Origin: an uncultured Methanoregulaceae archaeon
GTDB lineage: Archaea > Halobacteriota > Methanomicrobia > Methanomicrobiales > Methanospirillaceae
Direction: 5' to 3'
Length of the DNA: 64,000 nt
NCBI GenBank assembly: GCA_963701095.1
Contig: OY969564.1
Span: 1,088,001-1,152,000 of the forward strand
Shown: positions 62,854 through 64,000 of the stretch, one piece after another
Layout: each line of letters starts with the position of its first letter
Position numbering within the stretch: position 1 is the first letter of the stretch
Notes under the pieces: model-generated
Database searches by the model: none
Seen by the model: the letters and a program-made list of their open reading frames with translations, nothing else
Told to the model about the DNA's origin: nothing
Made by a program: the position numbers and the translations under genes

Positions 62854-64000
62854 ATGAAAAAATCACGATTAATGCTCATTGCTCTCGCTGTGTGCTTACT
62901 CTGCCTGTCTGTTGTGTCAGCCGCGACCCTGATGACGAATGCGGGCACAGTACCGTCGGGCTCAACCGGGCAGACAGCTATTTCATCAGGTCTGCCACTC
63001 CTCAAAGCCCAGGAAGAGGAAACCACCACCGAAACGACCATGGAGCCTGTAACCTATCCGACTGAGCAACCTACGGAACAACCTACTCTCAACCCCACTG
63101 AGGTAACCACTCAACCTACGGAACAGCCTACCCTCAACCCCACTGAGGAATCTACCCAACCTACGGAGCAACCTACCCTCAACCCCACTGAGGAATCTAC
63201 CCAACCTACGGAGCAACCTACCCTCAACCCCACCGAGGAAACCATCCAACCCACAGAGTTACCGACCGTCATGCCGATAACTGAAGAGACTACATCCCCC
63301 ATACCGGGACCTTATGCACCGGTCGCCAGTTTTACTGCTTCACCCGCATCCGGCACCGGTCCGCTCACCGTCCGGTTTACGGACACGTCTCTCAACACTC
63401 CTACCATGTGGTACTGGGATTTCGGAGACGGTACAACCGATTCCTCAACCGGGGTCCCGACGCACACCTATACTGATCCGGGGACCTATACGGTGACCAT
63501 GACCGCTACAAACATGTACGGATCCGATACGATCACAGAAACGGATCTCGTGACGGTAAATGGACAGGTAATGAATAACGGTGCGATCTTTGCCCAGTCT
63601 ATCCCAGCCGGAGCCATGATCTATGTGAACGGTAACAGTTACGGGACATCCCCGGTCACGATCAATAACCTTTTCCCGGGAACGTATACAGTCCAGGCGA
63701 GCCTGAACGGGTACTCCCCCGATACTCGGACTGTTTCCGTGTATTCGGGCCGGACCACCGGTTATTATCCGACCATGCAACCCACACCGTACCCACCCAT
63801 GGTTACCGGGGCTGTTTACGCCCAGTCCACTCCTGCCGGGGCAGGCATATACCTGAACGGCGTCTATTACGGTAACTCACCGCTCACCATCAACAATCTT
63901 TTCCCTGGTACCTATTCTATACTGGCGACGTTGAGCGGCTATGCGGCTAATGCCCAGTCGATCACGGTAACCCAGAGTCATACTTCAGGGTTCTACCCGA
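62854..64000 (+). CDS. Secreted PKD + PEGA surface protein with a P/T/E repeat linker (partial)
   Basis: Not in the ORF track (runs off the window): MKKSRLMLIALAV.., APVASFTASP..WYWDFGDG..HTY..GTYTV (PKD), QSIPAGAMIYVNG..GTSP (PEGA x2). Confidence 0.88.
   Translation, partial: MKKSRLMLIALAVCLLCLSVVSAATLMTNAGTVPSGSTGQTAISSGLPLLKAQEEETTTETTMEPVTYPTEQPTEQPTLNPTEVTTQPTEQPTLNPTEESTQPTEQPTLNPTEESTQPTEQPTLNPTEETIQPTELPTVMPITEETTSPIPGPYAPVASFTASPASGTGPLTVRFTDTSLNTPTMWYWDFGDGTTDSSTGVPTHTYTDPGTYTVTMTATNMYGSDTITETDLVTVNGQVMNNGAIFAQSIPAGAMIYVNGNSYGTSPVTINNLFPGTYTVQASLNGYSPDTRTVSVYSGRTTGYYPTMQPTPYPPMVTGAVYAQSTPAGAGIYLNGVYYGNSPLTINNLFPGTYSILATLSGYAANAQSITVTQSHTSGFYP
63067..63250 (+). repeat. 45-bp coding tandem repeat x4 (QPTEQPTLNPTEEST)
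   Basis: Units start at 63067, 63112, 63157 and 63202. Confidence 0.85.

Noticed and set aside
63067..63250. Regular repeats as a possible CRISPR array
   Set aside because: In-frame 45-bp coding repeats without unique spacers; no CRISPR array or cas operon was seen anywhere in the window.

Overview
Archaeal chromosome segment, most consistent with a Methanomicrobiales (Methanoregula-like) methanogen. This is inferred from REC-PAS-HATPase kinases, PKD/PEGA and NHL/IPT surface proteins, an archaeal RibD-type reductase and an archaeal-type tRNA-Leu fragment. There are four zones. (1) <1-~11.1 kb: an integrated, capsid-less mobile element (tyrosine integrase with C-terminal Zn ribbon, divergent regulators, P4/D5-type SF3 helicase followed by an ori-like inverted repeat, PIN toxin-antitoxin pair, serine resolvase). 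Next to it lies a Shango-like antiviral operon whose first gene has an unusual TM + Zn-ribbon N-terminus. (2) 11.2-18.9 kb: Doc/Fic toxin with a convergent 40-aa ORF, a broken tRNA-Leu, and housekeeping/signalling genes. (3) ~19-46 kb: a defence/surface island containing a DUF2779 nuclease, a DUF499-small protein-DUF1156 MTase-SNF2/DUF3883 restriction-like system, an HNH + DGQH(K) fusion, a PD-(D/E)xK protein, a Zn-ribbon/TPR/YidD/DnaJ-TPR-pilin membrane cluster, a CVNH-like lipoprotein, an NHL-IPT protein, an AbiE-type pair with operator repeats and a probable integrase relic. It also holds two families of directly repeated palindromes with 7-bp spacers. (4) 46-64 kb: core transport, ion and metal genes (Kef, ABC-2, RibD, MscL, ferritin, CopA, ferredoxin). 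About ten genes carry single-base indels in short homopolymers, most likely long-read errors. All family calls come from motif recognition by eye; no database was searched.
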